Shown here in pieces: positions 49,416-62,600 of a DNA stretch of 64,000 bases. Source of the DNA: Iphione sp. A-MEVVRFRX5 (taxonomy: Eukaryota). Both the position numbers and the translations under genes were made by a program. The stretch spans positions 91,822,001 to 91,886,000 of the forward strand of contig OZ320319.1 in NCBI GenBank assembly GCA_976226885.1, in the 5' to 3' direction. The notes under the pieces were generated by a model, which was not told where the DNA came from, ran no database searches, and worked only from the letters and a program-made list of their open reading frames with translations. Position 1 is the stretch's first letter. Every line of letters starts with the position of its first letter.

Positions 49416-52409
49416 GCCAGGCAACCACAAGCAGTCTCCCATATTAAGGTGATCGATCATCCAGTCATCTTGGGGGCTGCATTCACTTTGACTTGGGATA
49501 AGTCATGGCTACCAACTCTTTGTATGAGACATGGTAAACCTGCAATACAAGGATTACATAACAACAGATGACTTGTATGTTTTGCAAAGCTTAGGAAAAT
49601 GATATTTGCCAAAATTTCCAAATAATTCTAATTCATGCTGATACACAAGAAGCACACTTTCGTGTATATGTGTGTGGCTATAAAAAAATACAACTGAGTT
49701 CTTACCCCATCATGTCCCTCATACTGATGATCATATGCACCACTGTCTGTTTTAGGGAAACGTTCGCGGATAGTGAGCCGGACTTCTAGGGGCCAACAAT
49801 ATGTCTCATGATCTCCACCAAGTCTAGCAGAAAACTCGAAAACATACACGTATAAGCTTCATAGGAAGAACATAATAAGAATGCAAATAACTGAAATGCA
49901 AGATTTATATCCTTTTATTGCAATGGTTCATTCGACTACATGAGAGTAATAAAAAAATTATTACATGTCATACCTTTGCAGAGGCCCACAGTTTTTTGTA
50001 TATAGTTTTCCGATCTTTTCCATTCTGGATCAAACTGATCAAACCCATAGGTACAGGTAATCTGTTAAAATGAACAATACCAATTCATTCTGTATGGTTC
50101 AAACCTAGGTGTGACAAACGGTAGGTATACAGCAGGCAAAATAATCAATACAACATGAATACTCATAAGTGTAGATAAACACGTGCTACATCATACTTCG
50201 AACGACATCATACCAAATAAGTTGAAATATACTAGTTCACATTTTAATTTCATGAAAATAATATGCCCCCTATATGCATAAATCACTTACCCACGATATC
50301 TGAAAGCATCCATTAATGATTCCATTCTTGAGCATTTGCTATTTTGAGATTACAGTGCCTTGTGCAACAGATCGTCAAAATGCTTACTCCGAAAACACCG
50401 CCCACAAAACTCATGACGTCAGTGTCAATGTCTGTGTACACAAGAAATTATCATATTACAGTTTGCTTCATAATTGAAAACATCCATTGCAAAAACATTG
50501 ATCTGTCATTAATATTACTTCAGAGCGATTATTAATTTGCTTTTATACACCACATCTTCTCGTGATTTACGTCCCATGAAACTGACATGGGCGCCACTTT
50601 GACGTACAGTGGCCCTTCACTGAAATACACATGGCAGGTGCTGCCATCTTCATTTGATTGTTGTTTTAACACCATTTGACGTACATTATATATCGATACA
50701 TCAATGTTTAGAGTAGAAAATGCACAAAAAATCACTCATTGCAATATTACCCTTAAAATAGCTCCTTCATTGATAAATTCCATGTTAAAAATTGTGCAGC
50801 CGTTTGAATAACGTTTTTCGGTACTCGCACATATCATGTCCATACTTTTACTTATATTTCATTCTATTCATTTATTTAAATAAGCTCACTACTGTATGCA
50901 GTATTTTATTACCTTCATTTTGATATGAAGATCACCTTCCTAGGACAAACATAAATAACATAAATCGATATTTACAAAAAGACCTCAGTTTACTAAGCGC
51001 TATACAGCGATTTCGCCGGTCAGGATAGTGTTAATGTAAAGTTTTAGCACTTTTTTGGGTGGACTGTTGGATGGTTGTCTTGTTACAAGAGGTTGCTTAA
51101 CTGTATCCTGCTTCAGTGGATTCTGATAATCTATGATTGTTGGCACAGCATTCAGCATCAAACGTGGCTTCCTGTGAAGCGAGTGTCAAATATTCAATAT
51201 TTGAAGTGAAAGGACTGTAAGTTATACCAGCAAAATCCAATCACGCATTATGTTTATTAGGATGTCATTGTTAAAAGGACGAGAGGTGAATACACTGATT
51301 CCTCGAATTGCTTAAGAATAGTTTTTATGAGTATTCTCGGTAATTTGGTCATTGAAACATGTCTTGCATCGTAATACAGTGATAGATGATTGCAATGCTT
51401 ACTTATCATATGTTGGAGTTCATTTGGACTCTTCTTACCGAGATCCTGTCTCCTTATGTTCAGAACCCAAAGTACACATCTGAAATATTTCACACAAGTT
51501 CACATTACATTGGGTATATGATCACAAGGTAATTTCCCTAACATTTCTATGGGCTTTCATACTTTTGCCAGGTGGCTGGTTTTCCATATAACCACTCATG
51601 AAATAATTTATCATCTTTTACATTTACATTTAAAATATTACATGAACATATACAAGCATGTTTAGAAATTGGTCTTATAGGAATTACCTTATTCCATTAT
51701 CAAACACACCAACACTACAAAATAGAAACTTACTGTAGGTAACATTTGATTAAGGCAAAACATTGACTTATCATTAGTGATCACCTATCTTTATCTTTCC
51801 GGAAGCTATGGTAGGTTATACCATCGGTTAGACCTTGGTAATGAGGGCAATTGATTGCAGCACACTGCTTCCTGTAATTATGTTTAAATCGACCTTTAAT
51901 GCATATTGGTGCCATTTTTCTGCTATGTAGGCCCTCTACATAACCAAATAGGCACATTAGCTGCAGTCTCCAAAGGAATAACATCCATGTTATCAAAAAA
52001 CACCAGTGCAATATAGAACAACAAAAATGCAATGTGCATACTATCAACAGGTTGTGTCTCCTTTCAAGCATATAGTTAGACCAAGACTGACCAGCTTGGT
52101 ATGTTTTGAAATCCTGTGCCTGGTACGCAAAGATGTGCTATCTACTGCAATTACGATGGTATATTGACATGTTCTGCACACGATGCAGAATGTCTTCATA
52201 TACTAAAAGCATAAATATTTTCAAGAGTAATGAAGTGAATGACAAAAGGTAACTTATGATATAGAATAAGCGAAACCAAGAAGAGGAAGTCAAAACTATA
52301 AGCTTAGTTAAATCATGTAGATTCAGTGTAATATTTGTACCTTGGCATATCAAACTGGAAGCCGTGTTCAGAACTAACCTAGGAATGAATTGACACGGAT
52401 GTTCTGTTC

Positions 52410-54250
52410 CCCTTTCCCCCAAAATGGATGTTCACATTATGTTTGACAATGTTGTACTTCTCTTTACACACACTACACTGAGGAGTCCATTATTTTCCAC
52501 ATAAAAAAAACAAAATGCCCTATGATGAAAAAAACAAAACGTCCTATGATGAGAGTGCACTGATGAAACTATTCATGTAGAGATAGACTTGTCACGAATG
52601 ACAAGTAGTAATAGTGATAATTTAGAAATGTACACATCTAATGGAAAAAGGGGGTTTCTCTCACCTCAGACATGAAGATGAAACTGCTTAGTTATTTTTT
52701 CACCATTCTGTGATACATTTGACACGTTGACCTCTTACCTTGACCTTTGACCCAAGTTGACATACTTACATATGGTTATTGTTTCCGGAAAAAGCCAACA
52801 TAATTACCTCATTCACATCCCATACATGATCACTCCTGAAGAAGAACACAGGGCTGTCCAAAACGTCGAGTTGTAACCTATCAGCCAATTAAAGCCAACT
52901 GAAACTTTACCTGCTTGTTGGGTTTTGTGTGTTGTCTCTAAGAAAAATGCTTAGTTATTTCCCTTTCCCCCGAAACGGAAGTTCACATTACATTGACATG
53001 TTGTACTTCTTTTTACACACACACTACACTGACGAATCAATTATTCTCCATAAAAACAAAAAAGACAAAATGTTTCTACAAAGAATAATGCCAAACATAC
53101 ATATATATATATATCCTACATATTTGAACCAAAATAAATGTACATCCTATGATGAAAGAGCACTGATGGAACTATTTATGCAGAGATAGACTTCTCAAGA
53201 ATGACAAGTGGTAATGGTGACAATATAGATATGAACACATCCAATAAGAAAAAAAGGGGGTTTTCTCACCTCAGGCGTACAGATGAAACTGCTTAATTTT
53301 TCCCCTTCCCCCTAATTGGATGTTCCCATTACTTTGGACATGGCGGGGCTCCTGGTTGTCATTTTTTTCACATACACTACACTGACAGGTCCATTACTGA
53401 CAACAACAAAAAAATAAAATGCCTCTACAAAGAACAACCAAATCATTATATAATACATATTCAACTTAAAGCAATGTATGTCCTATGATGATAGAGCACT
53501 AATGGAATTATTTGTACAGAGATAGACATCTCAAGAATGACAAGAAGTAAGGTTAAGAAAAAAAAAGGGGGTTTCTCTCACCTCAGGCATAAAAGTGAAA
53601 CTGCTTACTTATTTCACCTTCCCCCGAAATGGATGTTTGCATTGCTTTGACAGTGTTGTTTTCTTGGCTCTTCTTTAATCACACACTACACTGACGAATC
53701 CATTATTCTCCACAGAAACAAAATACACAAAATGCCTCTACAAAGAACAATGCAAAACATACATGCAAATATGCTACATATTCACACCAAAACAAATGTG
53801 CACCCTGAGATGGAAGAGCACTGATTTAAAAAAACCCATACAGAGGTAGTCTCCACATGAATGTAAGTAGTAATTCTGATAATACAGATATGTATACATC
53901 TAATTAAAAAAAGGGGGGGGGGTTTCTGTCGCCTTAGGCATAAAGATGAAACTGCTTAGTTATTCCCCTTCCCCCTACTTGGATGTTCACATTACATTGA
54001 CAATGTTGTCCTCTTGGTTATCTTTTCCAACACATACTACACTGACAAGTTCATTTTTTTCCAAAAAAAAACAAAAATGCCCCTAGAAAGAACAATGCAA
54101 AACATACATGTATATATGCTGCATATTCAAACAAAAATGAAAGTATGTCCTATGATAAGACTAATCATACAGGGAGTCTTCACGTCAATTACAAGTAGTA
54201 ATGGTGACATATTTGTACACATCTACATTCATGCTGTTCCAGATGAGTCA
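52410..54250. repeat. diverged tandem repeat, about 330-bp unit, about 5 copies
   Basis: The block tggatgttc.catt...acacactacactgac...agagcact.atg...gaatgacaag...gggggtttctctcacctcag..gaaactgctta recurs at about 52415, 52965, 53300, 53620 and 53965. A ~230-bp unrelated insert follows copy 1. Confidence 0.85.
52836..52925 (+). other. decayed hammerhead-ribozyme-like Penelope-type tail
   Basis: CTGAAGA-a-gaaca-cagggc-tgtcc-AAAAC-gtc, followed by aattaaagccaactgaaact, homologous to the tail at 63470-63548. Confidence 0.5.
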
Positions 54251-55293
54251 GTTACTTATACAAATCAAAATTCATGCTGTTCCTGATAATTCTGTACTTA
54301 CCTTAGCCATAGGCGACAGGTAGGTTGAATTCTGGTTTGTAGAAGAATGTAGCCTGGAGAGAGGGCATGTGAGAACGAGGCTCCGCTAGATGTCATCTGC
54401 AGATTTATGGCTCCTGTTGGCTTCACTTTGGAATCTGAATGGAAACAAGATGGAGAGAGAGAGAGATACAAAGGAAATATGTCTCTCCAGTATCTGGACC
54501 CATGATGGAAACTGGCCCAGTGAATGATTGTGTGCCGGACTTGTACCAACAAGAGTCTTAGGGTTGGGTTTCGTTGTTTAAGATAGAACTGCTGGAAGGT
54601 GTGTTCGTCCACCCACATCCCGCGCTTGAGAATTTCATGGAGTGGTAAGCCCGAGACATGTAGTTTCGAGGCACTGGCGGCTCTAGTGCTATGGGCTGAG
54701 TAAACTGATGTGTCTATTCCCGCTTGAAATGATATCTCTTTTACCCATCTGCTCAAGGTAGGGGTGGTAACTGAATGATACGGTGGAACGTAACTGATGC
54801 GTAAAGTAAGCGAGCTGATCTCCCCTAATGTCCCTTGTCCTGTGAATGTACTCTCGAACGTGTGAGACAACACATAGTTGGGGGTCTTGATTGTAAGGAA
54901 CTAGAATGATACGACTGGGTGTTTTGCCTTGCCTATTGTGCTTAAGTGGTGCTGCAAAGTGTATTTGTAACCTTTTGTGTCCAACCTGGTGTATAGTATC
55001 TAACTGAATGTTACGAACTGTTTGTAATCGCCCACAAGAGGCCAATAACACTAACATGACAGTTTTTAATGTGAACTGTATTAAAGTTAACCTGTGAGAT
55101 CTATCCCAATTCATTAAGAAATCTAAAACCACTTCCATATCCCAAGTGTGCTCCAGTCGAGCTGTTGGGGGTCTCAGATTGAACATTCCCCCAAGGATCC
55201 AGCATGTTAGCCAATGTTGGCTGAAAGGAACCCTATTGTATTTCTTCATTACTGCTGACAGGGCGCTACGCGCTTTATAAAGACTGCTATTAA

Positions 55294-58008
55294 GAGAATA
55301 CTATAAGAGTGTGGGCGCCCAACCGGCCGTTCGAGCTCAGTTTGCACTGAGCGAGACGGCTGGTTGGGCGCACACCCTTATAGTATTCTGTTTATTATAC
55401 TCCATTTCATTGCGAAAAATTGCTGAAAAATGCATTTTTGACAAGGTGAAATAAATAGTCTGTTTACTTACCACGCCATTTTGAGTCTAGGATGATGGTA
55501 CTTCCGGTTCCTATTGACGTTTTTTTTATGCGATTAATTTTTCGTAAATTATATCTTGGGAGCATTAGTAGTTTCAAGAATGACTGGAATAAGGTTAAAA
55601 TACGTTTTGAAAATGTTCTTTATTGATTGTTTCAAGTATTCGAACGGTTCCAAGAAAAGTTGTAGAGATATTTTTTCATAGGTTGGCGCGGACTGGTATG
55701 TACTGCACACTGTACTCGCGGCAGCTGGAAATTTGGGACCCGGGCTCCTTGCTTTATCAAAAGAAGAACTTATTCTACTCAAATACACATGGCGGCTGCA
55801 TTTAGAGTTTAATGTTAATGTTAATTGTGCTCTGTGAAAATGTATTGCCAGTCATGAGTCCCTGCAACAGCTGCTTTTGCAACTTCATCGCTTTGGCTTG
55901 CCCGGACTGGTCCACGAGTTCCACCTGACACTGCAACACAATTGTTATGACCCATTGCTTTTCTCGACGTCTCCAGGTTGCCAGAAAGACGATTGAAGCA
56001 GTAGTTATAATGGTAGTGAACATTTTGCACACGTACAGTTTCTGTTTGTGATGAAGGAATGTCATCTTCTTCCTCGACGGTTGGATTCGATGCATTTTCT
56101 AGCAAAGCCACATCCAAGGATGTCCCTGAGGGAGGAGTTGTCTCAGAACCACATGCTGATTTGGGTGCTTCTACGACTTCATCCTGAAAAATACGAACAG
56201 AATACATGAAGGTTAGTTTTAGTGATTGCCATTAATATTTAGTGTACTGTGTGTATAAATTTAGGAAATGTACTAGTAATTTGCTGCATACCTGCCATGT
56301 CACAGATTTCTTGGGTGCCTTGGGAGGTGGTGCCCCAAGTGATGCAGAGGGTGTGCATTTGCCCGAAAGGATGGAGTACATACTTTTCTGCTGCTCATAA
56401 GAAGCATTTGAGTTTTGGTTTAAGCTGGTTACTGACTTGTGCCCAGATAGCTGGGCTACCATTGTCGGTGGCACTCCGGCATGCAGGAGAGTTGAACAAG
56501 ACGTTTTGCATCCCGAATGGTTAGTTTTTTTAGCAACCAAGTTGGCCTCTCCAGACATTTTCTTCATTATTCTGCTGATTTCGTTAGCACCCATTGGTAA
56601 GCACGAGAACCAGGTGTCTGAATCCGGTCGTCTCTTGTAATTTATCGATAGGAAGTATGGCGCCTCGTCCACTAGCATTTTCTGAGGGCGGTGACGTGCA
56701 TGTTCCTGGTGGAGGAATATTGGGCATCAGACTGGCTTTTCGTGATTTCTCCACATTTTCGGTGAGAATGCCCTGGCTTCATTGTTTGCACCATCCCTTG
56801 TCTTTGTATCCCTTTCTTGGAACTGCAAATATGTGTGCCCTTTCGAGTCGTGTCTTTCCTGAATATCACCCCATCTTAGCTGTCGTGCCTCTTGGTGGCC
56901 ACGAAATCCAAGAAACTTCGTGAATAGGAACCATAGGGCGTTGCGGAGTGCCTTTGGGTCATCGGGGCCCATTATTCGTTTTGACCATAATGTTTCTTCT
57001 TCCTCCTCCGTAACGGCTTCTGACTGAAAAGGGGGGGTTTGAATTTGTGTTAGATACCAATTATGTAGATGCATTATAAAAATCCGCAAAATTTAATGAA
57101 AAGCACTGACAGTCGGCCGGAAGTCGTCTGCAGCTGCGCCATTTTGAAGGCTCAATGAATGTAATGTAAACAAAACAAGACTATGACGAAAAGTGGCCAG
57201 AAGCTTACTTTAGGAAATTTCTTATAACATGAGTACTGATTAATTCACTCACCTTGTTAGGCTTGTTGCCCATTCCTTCGGATTTTAGTTGCTTTTTATG
57301 ACTCTCAATGATTTTTCGGCATGTGTTGAACTCCACATCCGTCACGACATTTTTCCCGTATTTTTTCTGATCGAGGTGCCTTTTTACACTGCCAAATATA
57401 CATGGTTCGTAGTTCTCGCCACTTGCTTTCTAAACATTCAGGAAATACTTCTCAAGGGCTATGTCAAGTTGCTTGGGAGGCATATCCTCTATGTTTCTCC
57501 CCTCTCCTTGTTCTCTCAAGAATTCATGGATTTTGGTGACATCTCTGGTGGTTTTTCGTACAGTACTGGGATTACGACTCTTTGCAATGTAGTCCCTCAA
57601 CATTGTTTCTGTTTCTTTGAAATCATCATCATCGTCGTCAAATATCACTGTTGGAATGTCTGCAGATCCCTCATCTTCATCTCTTGCTGCTTGCTCGACA
57701 TCAAAGGTTACTTCAGGATCTGGTCCTGTCGTTTTCTTTTTCTCCTTGTTGCTGTCTTTGAAGCCATAGAATACTATATCCTTGGGGCCTGATGCTACCC
57801 ACTCTGACAGGGACATATTGAGTTGTTCAATATCCTTTTCAGCCATTTCTGGACAATGGTTGACAACGCACTAATGTATTTCACTAAAGAACCACTAGGG
57901 GGGGTGTGTGTAGGTGGTCAATACGGCCCAAGGTGGTCAATATGACATGTAATATTGACCACCTTTGCCCATATTATATTTCTACATTATATCTGCATAG
58001 GAGTATAA
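55294..58008 (-). mobile_element. Crypton (tyrosine-recombinase DNA transposon) inserted in the DIRS YR gene
   Basis: Flanked by a TAA direct repeat (55291-55293 and 58009-58011). The empty site joins DIRS ...AGLGF to ...ARSALS. There is a ~95-nt hairpin at 55295-55389, and a 13-bp inverted repeat at 55391-55403 and 58000-58012. Confidence 0.85.
55805..57846 (-). pseudogene. Crypton tyrosine recombinase (DUF3504/KCTD1-ZMYM-like), disrupted
   Basis: TVRKTTRD..LEKYF..GENYEP; an intron; then EEEETLWSKRIMGPDDPKALRNALWF..GFRGHQE..ERDTKTRDG; PMGANEIS; TNHSG(C)KT..TLL; QLSGHKSVTSL. Several stops, and the R and Y catalytic positions appear altered. Confidence 0.85.
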
Positions 58009-59650
58009 TAAATCCTAATCCTGCTCTGAACAAGGAATGGAGGAAGATTAGTGGATGTTCCCTATCCAGTTTGACTGGGTTTATACCACATGCCATGCAG
58101 TATGTGTTCCATCTATTGTGATACACAGCGTATAGCTTCCTTGTCTTCTGTCTCCATGAAAATAGGAGGCATCATCTGAGCGGTTTCTTGGCGACTGATC
58201 TTTCAATCTTCCTCAATAAAAGAGCGCGGCCAGCAAAGAAATTCCTCCTAGGTTCCTGTGGTTCCGTTTGTACACGTTCAGCAGGTTGTCGGGACGTGGA
58301 GGGAGTGCTATCGTCTCAACCCGGTCTTGTTGCAGCAGGCATCCGAACCATGTCTTGTTGGGCCAGAATGTTACTACCAGTACTGCTTTGACTTGATCGT
58401 GTAGCAGTCGTCGAAGTACTTTGGAAATGAGTGGAATGGTGGGAACAGGTAGACGGGTGTAAACTGACACCAGTAAACAGTAAATGCATCTGCATACCTG
58501 GCTCCTGGGTCCGGGCGCCAGCTAGCATATACCGGCAGTTGAGTGGTGGTTCTCAAGGCGAACAGATCTATGTCAGGTGTTCCCCACCGTAGGGTTAGTT
58601 GCTGGAATAGAGATGGGTTTAGCATCCACTCCGTTTTTTCGTTGAATACTCTGGAGCAGTGATCTGCCTCAACATTCAAGATCCCTGGCAGATATGATGC
58701 CTCTATTCATGCTTGTCGCTCCTCAATAAACTGCCGTATTTGCTTTGCTATAAAATCACACGTTTGTGATTTTGTTCCCCCCTGGCGATTTATGTACGCC
58801 TGGGCCGTGGTGCTGTTTTTTTGTATCAGCAAACAGAACTGGTCTCTTTTCCCGAAAAAGGTTTGCAGTCCGAGGAGTACGGTCTGCAATTCTAGTGCAT
58901 TAATGTAAAATGTTGCCTCCCACAGTAACCAACGGCCTCCTGTTTGGGTTTGTTCCGTGACTGCTCCCCAACCTATCAAGGAAGCATCTGTCAACATAAA
59001 TTCTCGTGGTGGGTGAACGCGGATTGATCTGAACGCCTCTGAGAGAGTCTCCCACCACCAATTCCTGCTTTCGAAAGACAGTGTTACAATTTCATCAAAA
59101 TCACCATGATGTTGAATCAGAGCTGTAGTCTTATCTCTCTCCAGAGACTTTAATGTGAAAGCTTGTATTGGGTGCCCCCCGTTAGCCCGAAAGGCATCAC
59201 TGTGCACCGGTAATACTTGTTCCTCCATGAAAATACCAAACATTTCTGTGAATTTGGATGGACCGGGACTGAGTGATAAGCGCTTTTCAAGTCTACCGCG
59301 GCCATCCGACAGTTTTGGTATAACTTCATTACTGCAGAGTGAAATGTGTCCATTTTAAAGTGGCAGTGAGGAAGGAATTTATTATAGTGGGAGAGGTCCA
59401 GGATTAGGCGAACCGACCCATCCGATTTTTCTCTTGGGAATATTCTCGACTGGAACTGCCAAGGTGGTGAGTCACACACGATGATTTGTTGCTGTAGCAG
59501 CTTTTGAATGGCAGCGTAATTCAACATTCTCAGCATGCGAAAACTTGAGTGGCTTAAGGAACGGTCTAGGTGGAGGCTCTGTTTCGGAATTTAGTCCTTC
59601 AATACAGTTTAAAATGTTCTGATCAGTAGTTAAACGAGAGCATTTTTTAA

Positions 59651-62600
59651 CCCTATCCTGACCGCGGGATTTGGCGCACTAACAGTGAGAACTGGGGGTG
59701 CATTTTAAAAATGACTATCTATGTAAGCAATACTTACTGCTGAAAGTCCATTGATATATTAAAAGAAAGAGAAGAAAATGAAACATTTTTTAAGGGACTT
59801 CTTGAACGAATTGGATTCAATAAATTTTGACAGCAAACGAAAGAATTGAGAATTTTTTGTACTGGAGACATAGTTTTTTGGCACTTACCTGGAAACAGTT
59901 GGGAAAATATCAAGGAAGGAGGCTTTTAGAGGGGTTATTGCAATGTATGCATTTTAGGGAATTTTGTATTGTGTCTTTGAAGGCATAAATGAACATTATA
60001 CGATAACGAGTATGGTAGCTACACTTAAGTGAAGGTGGCAGCACCAAACAGTAGTTTTGCTGCAAAACAACCACTGAACGTCATAGTGGCGCTGATGTAG
60101 ATTTTTTGTGACGTTACACGTGGTTGATTGTTCATTTTTCTTAAATAATTCACTCTAAATGAATAGAGTCTGTATAAAATCAAAGGAGATGGCTGCATGG
60201 AGATATGTTATGAATGAATACAAAAAATTAGCTTTGTGAAAAGAAATATTTATTTGTGATAATGACGTCATTCTGAAAGGCGAGTACAATGCATCCTGAC
60301 ACAAGTTGCTCATATGATCACCAGTATGAAAACCAGCCTGGGGTAATGCAGCATTTTTTAGCTGTCAGATAGTGCATGGTTTTGAAATGTAAGATAGTAC
60401 AGGAAACCTGGAAATTAACCAAAAAAAAACCGAAATTTGTTTTACTGTTGAGTGCAATGCTTCTGTACTCAAACAGCCATTGACATTGCAGGTCTACCAT
60501 GTGACTTATGCAGAGCTGACATCCCTCACTTACCCAAAGCCGAAGTGATGTGTCTGATGTGACCTAACAGTCCCCCTGCTCCATGCAACGGCAAGACTCC
60601 AGCACGATATGTCTGCGATCATCAAACAAGGGGGAATGCCATTTTTCATAGCAGTTCCTCTCTGAGTATAGGCAGAGAGGGATCAGATACTGCGGATGCT
60701 TACAGACCCACCTTGTCCTGTACTCTTTACCCTCAGTGACGTAGCAGAGCTTGCAATTTTGCCTTTTCTCTGAGTGCACAGGGATGTGTGATGTGTGGAA
60801 GGTGGTGTAGTACGTTGACTTGTTGGTGTTGACAGCCACAGGTGGGCTCTCATCATCTTTGATGTCTGCCAACTGCATAACCAGTTCTTCTCAGAACGCA
60901 AGCTGGGAATATGCTGCACAGGACGAGAGTAAACATGTATTGCATTGTTCAAAGTAAAACCTATATAGATGTAAGTGTTATCAGATTTCAGATTTCAAAT
61001 AGTTACTTGTAGTTATGAACAATAGTACAATAAAGAAAATATTTCTCGTATGTGCCAGCTGGTCTTTTCAACTGATGATCACCTGGGTGTAGCGCAGCCC
61101 ACTGTTTGAACAAGATGTAGCTGTTGACAACAGCTACATCTACCAGGTGAAAAAACAATGTCTTCCACCATCGGTGGCACTTCATGAGTATGTTGTACGG
61201 CTGGATCAGTTGATCGCTCAGATCCACGCCACCCATGTACCTGTTATAGTCCATTATTGCTTGTGGCTTACGCACCATGATGGGCCTGAAGGTCCCATTT
61301 GGATCTTTCAGCCGACGTTGCACCATCACATAATCAGGTCCCCTGTGGATTGTGCTGCAGATGTGCACTGCAAGTGTCCAACCATTGTAGGTAGAGGATG
61401 TTTCTCCTGCGAACCCACCTCATGTCACCTCTTTTAGAATGCCTTGTCCAAGTCTTGTCCCTTAGCCCTTCTGGGAAGCCTTTCCTGGTTGCCAAGGTTG
61501 TGCTGCACACACTGAAGCCATCTTCTTGGAGGGTGGACAACAGCTGGGTAGAAGATTAAAAGTTATCAAAATACAGATGATAACCTTGCTTCATGTATCT
61601 TTCCATAAGGGTCAACACCACATCATAGGCAAGGCCATGCTGACCAGGCTTCTCACGTTTTCTAGTATATACATTCAAGTTCAGTGTATATCCTGTGGCT
61701 GAATCACATACACACCACAGCTTATAGCCGAACCTAACTGGTTTTTGTGGCATGTATTGTCGAATGCCAGATCTTGCCTTTGACTTCACCATCCTTTCAT
61801 CGATAGCAATGGACTGGTTAGGTTGAAACAGGTCTGCACATACTGCCTTCATATGAAGCAGGAGAGGGTTGAGCTTACAGAGTTTGATCTTTGGATCATC
61901 GCTGTCAGGGTCAGACACATGCATAAATGCAAGCATCGCCTTGAACCTGTGAGAATGACAAATAAATGACATTTAGTTGATGGAATAACATTGAAATGTA
62001 ACAGTCATCAGTGAATTCAATATTTCATATTTGCACTCAGAAACGATGTGATTACTTACCTATTGCGAGACTGGAATCTCCTGGCCCAGCCACCAGAGTA
62101 TAAAGGACAGGTTGCCCAGTATCTGGATATATCTGCCAGACGGATGAAACCCATCATTAGAAGAAGTCCAATGAATCTCTTCTTTTCATCAAGGGTTATA
62201 TCTTCCCATGAACCATCGATCCTTGCATATGTAGGCTTGTCTAGTATATTCAGCCAGGTGTACGTGTTACTGTTGTCGCACAATGTCTGTAAGTAAGGCA
62301 AGCCAATAGTATGAGTACACAATACAATATAGATAGCACTGCATGTGTATATGGGCAATGAGCAATTCAGACAATTCACATATATGAAGGAAATAACAAT
62401 GACAACCTCACCTGCAACAACTCTGCTGTGAAGAAGAATCCAGTGCTGTGGTATATCTATTCTGTCCACCTGTCCCAGTTCCTGGCAGATATGGCCCTAT
62501 GGGACGATTGGGGGTGAATGACTGGATCCCCTTGTCAGTATCTCCATATGAGTAATACCTGACACGATAGAAAGAATATATCAATATGAAGCACATCGTT

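Larger units (their letters stand above)
46273..51030 (+). mobile_element. piggyBac-like transposon copy B, 4,758 bp, complete
   Basis: TTAA at 46269-46272 and 51031-51034. TIRs are CACCTTCCTGACCG and the inverse of CACTATCCTGACCG. Confidence 0.95.
45470..51915 (-). pseudogene. P-element/THAP9-like transposase, interrupted by piggyBac B and truncated at copy D
   Basis: THAP exon 51915-51785 (CAAINC..YHSF) and ~51230-51035 (LNAVPTII). The core at 46200-45470 has LYQLLRKIFVLPSINNL, CVLMYDEMSVK, GFEDLG, ACVFMLHGLTGNWKQPLGAFLS, typical of Tnp_P_element. A ~50-bp tandem duplication lies at 45971-46070. Confidence 0.85.
54285..59646 (-). mobile_element. DIRS1-like tyrosine-recombinase retrotransposon (RT, RNase H, methyltransferase-like, YR), degraded; 5' part absent
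   Basis: RT: SRIFPREKSDGSVRLILDL, VDLKSAYHSV, MPFGL. RNase H: TDASLIGWGA, INALEL, YINRQGGT. MT-like: DIDLFA, YLFPPF. YR: ARSALS, WDMEVVL, HSTRAAS, TFQQFY. A GGTAAGTAC..AATT-type 3' end lies at about 54285-54305. Confidence 0.92.
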
